DNA from: Octopus bimaculoides
Lineage: Eukaryota
NCBI RefSeq assembly: GCF_001194135.2
Contig: NC_069005.1
Coordinates: forward strand, 26,627,156 to 26,663,387
DNA length: 36,232 nucleotides
Direction: 5' to 3'
Shown: one piece after another, positions 21,815 to 31,619 of the stretch
Position numbering within the stretch: the first letter of the stretch is position 1
Layout: the number at the start of each line of letters is the position of its first letter
The notes under the pieces: generated by a model
What the model was told of the DNA's origin: nothing
Seen by the model: only the letters and a program-made list of their open reading frames with translations
Database searches by the model: none
Made by a program: the position numbers and the translations under genes

Positions 21815-21839
21815 TTTAACAATTTTCTTTGTTTTCCAG
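21815..21839 (+). promoter_or_regulatory. 3' splice acceptor of the LRR coding exon (exon starts 21840)
   Basis: Branch-like TTTAAC, then pyrimidine tract TTTTCTTTGTTTTCCAG, with AG at 21838-21839, 41 nt upstream of the ATG. The AT-rich intron-like composition changes abruptly here. Confidence 0.75.
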
Positions 21840-21880
21840 AACAGACAGCTTCCAGTGAAGGACCAGATAACAACAGAAAG

Positions 21881-23716
21881 ATGTACAGGTTAGCCAGACA
21901 GGTGAGCTTCCTGGTTTATGGCTTATGCCTTCTGGTAGTTAGCCTGGAAGCTAGCTGTCCAGATGGTTGCAGGTGTAGTGGAGACAGAATTGACTGTCCT
22001 GTCCCAGAGGAGTTTTTTAACTTACTGGGATGTGATTTGAAAAAACTAGATAGAGACAGATTGGAAAATATTCACGAAATCAAACAGTTGTGTTTGACAC
22101 AAAATCAGTTGCGGTCAATTAATTCCAACCTGTTCCGATCATTTTTAGACCTTCGCAAACTCGACCTAACAAACAACCAGATATCAACCATCAGTGAACA
22201 GGCATTTGAAAGACTTGCAGAACTTCAAGGACTCGTTCTCTTCAAAAACAACGTATATGATATTAAAAACCTTTTCAAAAGAAACACTAAACTAACATTT
22301 CTCAATCTAGGATCAAACCAGATCACAGAAATAGGAGAGAATGACTTTCAGAACCTATCAAAGCTGAAGTACCTGGATTTGACCTCAAATCAAATAACTA
22401 CAATTAATCCAAAAGCATTTGAGCCGCTGGTGAGTTTATGTTATTTGATTCTTCAAAACAACAAACTTATCGATTTCAGTGTGCTGGATTTTACACTGAA
22501 ATCTCTGCGTGTAGCTGACTTCACAAACAATAGACTGGAACGAGTGCCAAAGGGACTGCCAGAAAGTATCACTGACCTCCGGTTTGGCAAAAACAACATT
22601 ACGAAAATTGGGAAAAGTGACCTAAAGCGCATTTCAGCACTACAATTATTGACACTTAATGAAAATCAAATTAATTCTATTCATGACAATGCATTCAATG
22701 GTCTTGATAATGTGAAGGAACTTTGGCTCAATTCTAACGAGTTATTTACACTGCCAACAAAACTGCCAAAGAACTTAGTCAAATTGGCCATCAATTCAAA
22801 TTTAATCAGTAGGATTGAAAGATATTCATTTCTGAAGAGCCCTCTCATAGAAGAGCTAACACTGGAGACAAATAAAATCACTGAGATTGAGCCTGAAGCA
22901 TTCAGTAAGTTGTCAATGTTGAAAGACCTGAATCTTCAAAGTAATCAACTACATACACTAACAACAGGAATCTTCAAAGACCTGCCAAATTTGGTCAGCC
23001 TAAGACTGGCAAATAATCCGATAGCAACTGTTCAGAGGCGAGCCTTTGAATCCCTGCCATCACTGCACACACTGGATATATCTTATGGAGAATTAGAAAG
23101 TGCAAGAGTGCAGATGGATCTCTTCCAAGAAATGCCAAATCTACAGGAATTCAATCTGATGAACAGCCCCGGTCTATGTAAAAGTCTGCTGGACCGAGTC
23201 AGAAATGGCCAGATTGAAACAACACAATCAGTTCAAAAAATTGATTTTCGATACAACATCCTCAAAAACTTGCCGGAGAATATACCAGGAATATTTCCAA
23301 AACTGACAACATTTCTGCTCAACAACAATGCTTGGCACTGTGACTCCAATCTGCTCTGGCTCAAAAGATGGTTAGGAACACCAGCTATTACTTTCTATGA
23401 GAATAAAACACCAGCTTGCTGCACACCAAGTAAGCTCAAAGGTAAACTATTAAGGGATCTATCTGATAATGAATATCTTAGAAGCGCAGCAGCAGAATAC
23501 CGGACTGATAGCAGCAGATATGCAGAATATAAACCAAGTGGTAACCCATCTTTGTTAGAAAAAAGCCAGCTGCAAAGAGCAAGGTCCTCAAGAATTGCAT
23601 TTGGTACAAATGTCTCTGTCCAAGACAGCTTGAATCAACGAAAGAGGCGCAGGAGTAAAAGGCGGCGTAGCAGGAGAAACAAAAGAAAACATAGTAGACA
23701 GGAAAAGAAGCAGTAA
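21881..23716 (+). CDS. Secreted leucine-rich-repeat protein (SLRP/chondroadherin/nephrocan-like architecture), 611 aa, single coding exon
   Basis: Long open frame with A at -3 of the ATG. Hydrophobic signal peptide ending ...VVSLEA|S. N-cap C26-X3-C30-X-C32-X6-C39. About 17 LxxLxLxxNxL repeats of 21-26 aa (one irregular). LRRCT-like NAWHCD...WLKRW...C.TPSKLKGKLL. Polybasic C-terminus. N-glycosylation sequons NLS, NIT, NKT, NVS. No second hydrophobic segment. Confidence 0.93.
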   Translation: MYRLARQVSFLVYGLCLLVVSLEASCPDGCRCSGDRIDCPVPEEFFNLLGCDLKKLDRDRLENIHEIKQLCLTQNQLRSINSNLFRSFLDLRKLDLTNNQISTISEQAFERLAELQGLVLFKNNVYDIKNLFKRNTKLTFLNLGSNQITEIGENDFQNLSKLKYLDLTSNQITTINPKAFEPLVSLCYLILQNNKLIDFSVLDFTLKSLRVADFTNNRLERVPKGLPESITDLRFGKNNITKIGKSDLKRISALQLLTLNENQINSIHDNAFNGLDNVKELWLNSNELFTLPTKLPKNLVKLAINSNLISRIERYSFLKSPLIEELTLETNKITEIEPEAFSKLSMLKDLNLQSNQLHTLTTGIFKDLPNLVSLRLANNPIATVQRRAFESLPSLHTLDISYGELESARVQMDLFQEMPNLQEFNLMNSPGLCKSLLDRVRNGQIETTQSVQKIDFRYNILKNLPENIPGIFPKLTTFLLNNNAWHCDSNLLWLKRWLGTPAITFYENKTPACCTPSKLKGKLLRDLSDNEYLRSAAAEYRTDSSRYAEYKPSGNPSLLEKSQLQRARSSRIAFGTNVSVQDSLNQRKRRRSKRRRSRRNKRKHSRQEKKQ

Positions 23717-23732
23717 TAAACCAGTAAATAAA
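23715..23732 (+). terminator. Tandem AATAAA polyadenylation signals of the LRR gene
   Basis: AATAAA at 23715-23720 (overlapping the TAA stop) and at 23727-23732, followed by a T-rich tract (GACTTTTATTGTTTATT). Confidence 0.5.
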
Positions 23733-24571
23733 GGACTTTTATTGTTTATTACCTCAAAGAACTACTTTAAAGAAGGGTCTTAGAACAACTGTTTAATTAG
23801 AGGATCTTTTTCTTTTTCTTTTTTTTTTTTTTATCCCCATAAGGTATTAATTTTTCTGTTGAGATTTATTTTCATGACAGATGACGGAAGATAGTCTGAT
23901 AGAAGCTACCGAAACCGACCACAGTCTAAATACAGCAACTCAAAGACAAATACCAACAGACAGAAAGCATTCTGTCACCCAATATTTTAACGCTTCAATT
24001 CATTAGTCAAATGCTTCAAAGTAATCCCTTCGAACTGACTCTCGTTTAACCAGCAAAATATCTGATTGTTATAACATTAGAAGAATATTTGAAAAAGAAC
24101 AAAAACCAAACAAACAAATAAATAAAAAAATTTTAAAAAGTTGGGAACACCAATGACTACTAAACCGATGATGGCAGTAATTATGCAAGATAACAACAAC
24201 GATGATAATGGTGATGAGGATGATGATGTGACTAAATGTAGCAACATTCTTTTACTAGTTTCAGTAATTAGATTGTGGCCATGCAGGGGCACCGCCTTGG
24301 ATATCCATTATACAAACATAACCAACATCCGAGAGACAGATTAACACATAATCCAATGGGGGATTGCAAGGACAGTGGGGAGAACAAAAAACAAAATAAA
24401 TACACTGAAAGACAGTATTGTAATATGGAGAGCAACTACTACGAGAAGAAATTAGCAGACATAATTAGTTGGAAAGACAAGCTTGATGAATTATTTGACT
24501 GAAATAGGGTCCAATGGGGTTTGCAAAGAAGTTAATAACAAAGAATTAACTGTAAACAATATATATATATA

Positions 24572-24684
24572 TACCGGAGTAAGCACATAAATGTGCAACG
24601 AGGTGGAAAAAAGAGTACTCAAATACCAGAGGTAGAGTAATATGCTTTATTTAAAAGCAGCAGAAATATAACAAAAAACTGTTA
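24572..24684. repeat. About 110-bp non-simple island inside (TA)n; possibly the terminal piece of a Penelope-like or other retroelement
   Basis: Flanked on both sides by TA-rich microsatellite; AATAAAGCATATTAC on the minus strand. The classification is from memory only. Confidence 0.3.
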
Positions 24685-26268
24685 TACATATATAAAGTAT
24701 ACATATATATAGATGTATACACACACGAACATGCACGCATACACATATATACATACATACATATATATATATGCGTGTGCACACACACAATACAGGCGCG
24801 CACGTAGACACACACACACACACACTGTGTGTGATTTTTCTGTAACCAAACATCAGCTGTTATCCTAAATAGATTAATATTGGGGAAAGGTAAAAAAAAG
24901 AATTTGAGCAAGCATAAAGCTTGAAGCAGATTATATTATCACCTGTCATATTATTTGGAAAGCCATATTCTCCTCAGATCTACAATATTCAAATATAACT
25001 GACTTTTTGTTATCAAGTCAGTAGGACTGTATTCTCGTATTTTTAAACGAACACACACACAGACACACACACACACATGCAAGCATACAAACTGGAACAT
25101 ATAAAAAAAGAAAAGAAAAAAAGGAGAGGATTAAGAAAAAAACAGGAAAAGAAAAAAAGGGGAAAACTTGAATGATAATATCAAAGGCTAAAACTTTAAA
25201 TGAATTTTAATTATTTAATCCTTCTAACAGCAGAAATCAGATAAATCCATTCGAAATTTCATTGCCCTTATTAACAGAAAGCAGTTTAATATACCAATCT
25301 GTCTTTTGTTGAGGAATGTCACGTTTGGAACTATTTTCTGATTGAAATATGTCAAGTTTACTGAGACAATGCGAGTTGCAGTAAACGACAATTATATTTT
25401 CTGTTAGATATTTAACACCGTTACTGGANNNNNNNNNNNNNNNNNNNNNNNNNNNNNNNNNNNNNNNNNNNNNNNNNNNNNNNNNNNNNNNNNNNNNNNN
25501 NNNNNNNNNNNNNNNNNNNNNNNNNNNNNNNNNNNNNNNNNNNNNNNNNNNNNNNNNNNNNNNNNNNNNNNNNNNNNNNNNNNNNNNNNNNNNNNNNNNN
25601 NNNNNNNNNNNNNNNNNNNNNNNNNNNNNNNNNNNNNNNNNNNNNNNNNNNNNNNNNNNNNNNNNNNNNNNNNNNNNNNNNNNNNNTATATATACTCCTG
25701 CACGTATGTATAATGGATCCTTTCTTCAGTTTAACAATGAGTATTCCAGCTGTTCAATCTACTGAATTGCTCATTGAACTGGCAGGAAATGACTGAGTAT
25801 TCCAAGGACAATCTATCCTTAACATAAACTTTATGCATAATAATCAGCCTGATGCAGTGTATAACAAGGCTGGCTGATTTTTTGAATTACAAATAGAGGC
25901 CATCCAACAAGCTTTTACATAGAGGAATCAAATCCAGACATGTTTGATTGTCTGCAGTGGTCCTTAAGTACTTAATCATGCTTGCATCCATACATAATGT
26001 GTCCACACACACACACACTGTTGACATCATAAGAATCTATAAATTTTCAACAGAATATGAAATAATTCCTTTTTGGAACAGTGGCTCTCAAAGCAGTTAA
26101 AGCTATAAAATAACAACTGGTATTGGATTAGAAAAACGCATTTGGCTAGAAAAAGTCAAAGGCTGTTTCTAGCCAAAAGGGCTACATGCCTTAACATATT
26201 TCAAGATGCAACGTTCCAAAAAAAAAAGAATTATCTATCTATCTTCAGAAAGTGAGAAATATACATAT

Positions 26269-26314
<46 letters not shown>

Positions 26315-26774
26315 AAAATTTAAAATTTAAAAGAGAATTTTGATGCTGATATCCATTATTATTGAAGTTTATTCCTATGTCAACATTTCTGTATAAGGCT
26401 ATATTCAACTGTCAAATTCAAGTCAAACATATAATTCACCTTACACATCTTCAGGATAAAAGGTAAAGAACAAAAAGTAAACACCAAAAACATTGTCTCN
26501 NNNNNNNNNTCTATCAATAATTCCCCAAAACACTGCCAAACTAAAATTCTGTTTTTATTCCACCATCAAGGAAACCATTTCTAGTCACTACTTTGTACTC
26601 TATTGACTCTCCTTAATATGTTCACCAGCTGTAATGTATATAATTCATATCTGAATAAAAGTTCATGAATATCAAAACTATTGTGGTAGTTAGTTTTGAG
26701 TTTATGGTAAATGGATTATTTTTCTTCTTTACTTCCTTTGAAACAATTACCTTTGGTGTTTTATCCTTTATCCT

Positions 26775-27144
26775 TTAAACCTTTCGCATTTAAACTGGCC
26801 AAAATATTTTGCTTGTTTAATTTTCAAACTGGCTATATCTGGCCTCTCACACCTGCCCTACAATGTCATTCTGAAAATAATCACATTATTGAGATCTCAA
26901 AGCAAGAAGATAATGCATGGTAAATTCAAAATATTGTAAATAAATAAGCATTACATTTGACAGAGTAATCTGAATGCTACATGGTTTAACTGGCCTCTCA
27001 CACTTGCCCAACAATGTCATTCTAAAATTCAAACAATCATATCATTGAAATCTCGAAGCTATGAGATAATGCATATTTAACTCAAAATATTGTAAATAAA
27101 TTAGCATTACATTTGACAAAGAGATCTGAATGCTAAATGGTTAA
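26775..27144. mobile_element. Family E MITE with a tandemly repeated right half (26839-26989 and 26990-27144)
   Basis: Two units, each CTGGCCTCTCACAC...CAATGTCATTCT...TCTGAATGCTA.ATGG(T)TTAA. Confidence 0.8.
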
Positions 27145-27567
27145 TGTACATCATAAAAATACACATACACACACAAGGGAATATCAGCAAATCACTGCAA
27201 AACAAATATCATTGGTGCTTTCTTTGCAAAGTACCAACTTCCATCAAAAATTTTCATCCTCCAATGCACACCAAGAAAATACACACACACACACATGCAT
27301 GCACATCAAGGGAACAGCAGAAACTCACAACAACCCTATTATCCTTAGAGTTTTCTCAGTAAAGTACCGATTCCCAGCAACAGTTTATCCTTCAATGTAT
27401 ATAAAGAAAACACATATTAAATTTCCAAGGTGTCTCCTTTATCATTAATGATTACAGTACATTTTGGCTCAGTACATGAACATATTCTAGCACTCACTCA
27501 GCCGATTGTTTTGAATGAAGAACAAGCCAAAGTTTAGGATCATCAGTAATTCCAGCAAGACATGATA

Positions 27568-27910
27568 TATTGGTTTGGCTTTTACAGGCAGAGATTTTCA
27601 GTGGGGATGTCCACGAGTGTCACAAAATTATTGATGTCGAAGGAGTCCAATTTTGGACGAACAGGCAAGACCACAACAACTGCATTGGAATGCAGGCTAG
27701 TCAGGGTTGGCCATAAGGTCCTTGTTTTTCTCTTCGCTGCTTGTCTACAAGGATGGTCCTGCACGTGTCTCCAAAGGAAGGCACTGCCCAAGAGGGCAGT
27801 AAGGTGCCAGGAAAGGATAGTTAGTGGCAAGAACAGATCACTGGCAGCAATCAATGTGACAGGTGCCAAAAGATTATTTTAGGGATTCCTTAAACGCGAT
27901 TTCTTCAGAG
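27568..27910 (-). mobile_element. RTE-clade LINE 3' end (C-terminal Cys/His motif and short 3'UTR), decayed
   Basis: Minus strand, allowing frameshifts: FKESLK*SFGTCHID..Q*SVLAT...WH...LGSAF...DKQRR, then PAFQCSCCGLACSSKIGLLRHQ*FC, matching RTE F.C..CGR.C.SRIGL.SH.R.C. It is followed by an AAGCCAAACCA 3'UTR-like motif. Confidence 0.8.
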
Positions 27911-28164
27911 AGCCCTTTTATTATTAATTCTGTTAGTGTTTATTCACTCAAATTCTGAGCATCGGCCAGTCATCTTAGGGTCGAGTAAATACTGTTCTGC
28001 TACTGAAGATGTCAAATAAAACTGTTACCACACTTACGCAACTATTTTATGTTCCTCGATTACATTTTTAAAAAAAAAAATTCATTTTAGAGTTGTCTCC
28101 CTTGCACTCCGGGTGCAATTAGAGTTAACCACCCACAAAATCGTAGAACTAATGCTTTAAAACC

Positions 28165-28338
28165 CAGTGATTCCCAACGCGGGGCATATGCCCCACCGGT
28201 GGGGCCTGGGAAAATTATAGTGGGACATGGGATATGGGAAATCAGCTTCAGCGGAATTTGAACTCAGAACATAATGATGAATGAAATTCCACTGAGCATT
28301 TTGTCCAGTGCACTAACGATTGTGCCAGTTTGCTGCCA
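28165..28338. mobile_element. hAT MITE left end (28165 to about 28235) fused to a family A head fragment (-, about 28244-28338)
   Basis: CAGTGATTCCCAAC TIR-like start; then ATTTGAACTCAGAAC...GAGCATTTTGTCCAGTGCACTAACGATTGTGCCAG. Confidence 0.6.
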
Positions 28339-28349
28339 AAATAGTAATG

Positions 28350-29140
28350 TGGGCTTGGTTAAAAAAAGGGGCAATTCAAAAAGAAAGAGAGAGCCTAATT
28401 GTAGCAACCCAAGACCAAGCGATGCAAACAAACAACTTGAGAAAAATATGTGTGGAGAGAATGTGTTAGAAAAATGTAGAGCTTGTGGAATTTGGAATGA
28501 GACAGTGGTATACATTGTGACAGAATGCACCAAGTTGGAACAGGAGGAATATAAGAAATGGAGGTACGACCAGGTTGTAAGAGTTTTACACTGGAAATTT
28601 TGCCAGAAATGGGGATTTGAAGCTGGAAACACATGGGACAATCATCATGTCGAAAGAATACTGGATTCGGAGAAATGTAAGACTTTGTGGGACTTTCCTA
28701 TTCAAATGGACAAGAAGTTAGAAAATAATAGATCTGGCATAACAATTATAGACAAGGAAAAACAAAGTTACTTCCTAATCGGCCCATCATGTCCATTTGA
28801 TTCCAGGATCATAAAGAAAGAGGGTAAAAAATAAAAAAGTACAATCCCTTACAATTTGAAATAGGAAGAATTTAGAGTAAGAAAACTGTAAAGGTTGTGC
28901 CTGTAGCAATTGGTGCGTTGGGAACAGTAAGCAAAGATATAGACAAATGGCTGAAGGAGATTAGAATAGAATGCCCGGTAGAGCTCCTACAGAAGGTTTG
29001 TCTCTTAGGGACAGCAAAGATTATCAGGAGAGTTCTAAGCATTTGAAAAAGACTGCTGAAAACTTGTGCATACCTAAGGTTACCGATAGTAACCTGCTAC
29101 TCAGATAAATCCTATCAGGGATAAGACCGAATCTGAGTCA
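28350..29140 (+). mobile_element. R4/Dong-clade non-LTR retrotransposon, 5'-truncated: zinc knuckle, restriction-like endonuclease and 3'UTR; inactivated
   Basis: WAWLKKG.IQKERESLIVATQDQA, (frameshift) KCRACG..NETVVYIVTEC..L...Y...RYDQV.RVLHW, LWDFPIQMDK.LENNRSGITIIDK, (frameshift) KKYNPL.FEI.RI*...VKVVPVAIGALG.V...LLQKVCLLGTAKIIRRVLSI* (stop 29044-29046). Confidence 0.9.
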
Positions 29141-29460
29141 GACCAAATGGCACAATGCCTGAAAGTTCAGGGAAGGGAACTATTCGATTATATCGACCCC
29201 CAGTGCTCAACTGGCACCTATTTTATCGACCATGAAAGGATGAAAAGCTAAGCTGACCTCAACAGACAAAATGCCATTAAGTATTTTACCTGGTGTACTA
29301 ATGATTCTGCTGGTACAAGGCTAGCAGTCTTAAGGGAAGAAGTAAGTTAATTACATTGACCCCTATGCTGAAGAGATACTTTAATCGATCCTAAAAAGTT
29401 GAAAAGCAAAGTCAACCTCAGCAGGACTTGAACTCAGAACATAGAAGAGTTGGAAGAAAT
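29141..29460 (-). mobile_element. Two adjacent decayed family A SINEs
   Basis: ATCGACCCCCAGTGCTCAACTGGCACC...GAAAGGATGAAAAG, and a second ATTACATTGACCCC...AAGCAAAGTCAACCTCAGCAGGACTTGAACTCAG. Confidence 0.7.
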
Positions 29461-29944
29461 ATCACGACGGAAATAGAGTGTGATTTGGCTACTATTTTTA
29501 GCAGGTCAAAGGATGGCATAAAACAATCATTAGCAAACTGCAACCCAAAGGACATTCTTTGAATTTTTTTTTTTTTTTTTTTTTCTTCTGCAGCCCACCC
29601 GATGAGCCAAATCTCATGTGGCCTGCTCCATCACAAAAACAGTTTCCTATGCCAGGCATCAAAACTCTCTCAATTAGCCTGAGCAGAGAGTAAGATCATT
29701 CCAGGAGTACTTCGTTAATCGGATGAAGGGAGGGGGACGGAAACAAGCAAACTGAACTCTATTCATCCATTCCAAACGATACACACATGCGCAGACAGAT
29801 CGAACATTCAAACATATACTGAGAAAATTTAGACAAAAAAAAAAACCCAAAAAAAAACAGCGAAGAGTTAGAAAAGATCAGATGGAAGGGGCAAAACTCT
29901 TGGTTAAAAACTGAACATCTTGAAAATTGAGTGCGAGAGCGAAT

Positions 29945-30087
29945 CTTTTATCTATTACATGTTCCAATCATTAGACTGCGGCCATGCTTCAGCACCGCCT
30001 TAAAGTGTTTTTAGATGCTAACCAGTGGGACTGAACCTGAACCCATGTGGTTGGGAAGCAAACTTCTTACCACACGACTATGCCTGC
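29945..30087 (-). mobile_element. Family C SINE reduced to head plus extreme 3' end
   Basis: 3' end (GACTGCGGCCATGC...GCACCGCCT) joined directly to the head (GGGACTGAACC...CCATGTGGTTGGGAAGCAAACTTCTTACCACAC). Confidence 0.75.
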
Positions 30088-30996
30088 AATTATCTCTCTC
30101 ACACACACACACACACACACTATGTATACTATATCAAATTATACTTGTCTGTAAACATACTGACATAGTATAGATATAATATATACCTGCATATAAACAA
30201 AGCATACACAAGTTAAACTCTGTGGAATACATGGTTACTTATCATAAACATTTAACACCTAGACAATGGAAGCAAGTCCATAGTAGATACAATGGCAACA
30301 AGACTGGGTTATATTTACTGCCACTGGCATCACCTGTACGATAACCCATGTGGATCATATCAACCAATCACAAGGGTATCAGCCACCTTGTTACAATAGC
30401 TGAAAGCATAAGTCACAAGAACTAAATACTACATAAGAAAAGAAATATAAATATTATTATCATGAATATTTTCATAAACCAATTGTATGATAACCCACAA
30501 CCAATTGCCAAGGTACCAGTCATCTTGTTATGGTAGCTGAAGAACTAATACAAAAAGAGAAAGAAAAAAAATACAAATTCTACATGAGAAAATAAATATA
30601 AATATTATCAACAGCAATATTTTCATGAAACCAATTGTGTGATAAATGTTGATGGAAATGCTTACTAAGTTTTCAGTAGGGAAGGACTGATTCTTGGTAC
30701 AAAATAATAGCACCAAAGCGGAGAGAGACGATTTCCGTCCATTCTGAAAGTAAGCAGAGAAATCAAACATTTAATATTTTTTCTTCGTTTTTTTGAAGAA
30801 AACGCTTGTTATTTCTTGTGGTTATTTGCTGTTACTTTTATTCCTTGGCGGGGTTATTAAAGAGGTTGTAGCTGTTATTCTTGGCAAGGTTATAATTGTT
30901 ACTGTTTTGTTATTTTTGAGGTGAAAGACGAAATAGTGAAAAACACCCGCTCCATTTTCTTTTTACATATTATCATATAACTATAAGATATGATAT

Positions 30997-31043
<47 letters not shown>

Positions 31044-31619
31044 NNNNNNNNNNNNNNNNNNNNNNNNNNNNNNNNNNNNNNNNNNNNNNNNNNNNNNNNN
31101 NNNNNNNNNNNNNNNNNNNNNNNNNNNNNNNNNNNNNNNNNNNNNNNNNNNNNNNNNNNNNNNNNNNNNNNNNNNNNNNNNNNNNNNNNNNNNNNNNNNN
31201 NNNNNNAATAAGGAATTCCTTACATGTCTGTATAACATGTAAATCTATGAAATTCCTAAATTCCTATTAGAAAATGGAACACGTGTAATGGAGAATAAAT
31301 AATACCAAAAATTTCCCCGTTTTGCTATTATGCAAAAGTGTCATAAGTCCAAAACGTCGCTTTTTCAGTGAACAAAAAATAGTTTTACCATTCCTTAACA
31401 AAACCGTTGTACTAGTTTGATATCTTGGCATCTGAAGCCGCTGGAGATGCGATAGTTTGACCAAAAGAACCAGCTATTGCAAGCAAAAATAAATATTGAA
31501 AAAATGCATTTGGCCAAATTTGGACATACAACAGTTTAACATAATAGCAACGATATATATTATAATGTCTTGGGTTGACTTTAAACTGCATTGAGTGGTG
31601 GGGGCCATAGTTTGAGAGT

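Noticed and set aside
22681-22881. Antisense ORF inside the LRR gene
   Set aside because: Short shadow ORF of a real CDS, with no independent signals.
21881-23716. Toll-like receptor or other membrane LRR receptor call
   Set aside because: The frame ends at a stop after a basic tail, with no TM segment, TIR, Ig or FN3 domain.
25900-25930. Minus-strand CKSLLD coding match to the LRR gene's GLCKSLLD
   Set aside because: Only about 20 nt of similarity with no LRR pattern around it; consistent with chance.
27585-27716. + strand exon after TTTTACAG (AEIFSGDVHECHKIIDVEG...)
   Set aside because: Better explained as the antisense of the RTE C-terminus, which matches clearly on the minus strand.
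28274-28834. 186-aa ORF as a host gene
   Set aside because: It is a chimera of a SINE fragment and one frame of a frameshifted R4 retrotransposon.
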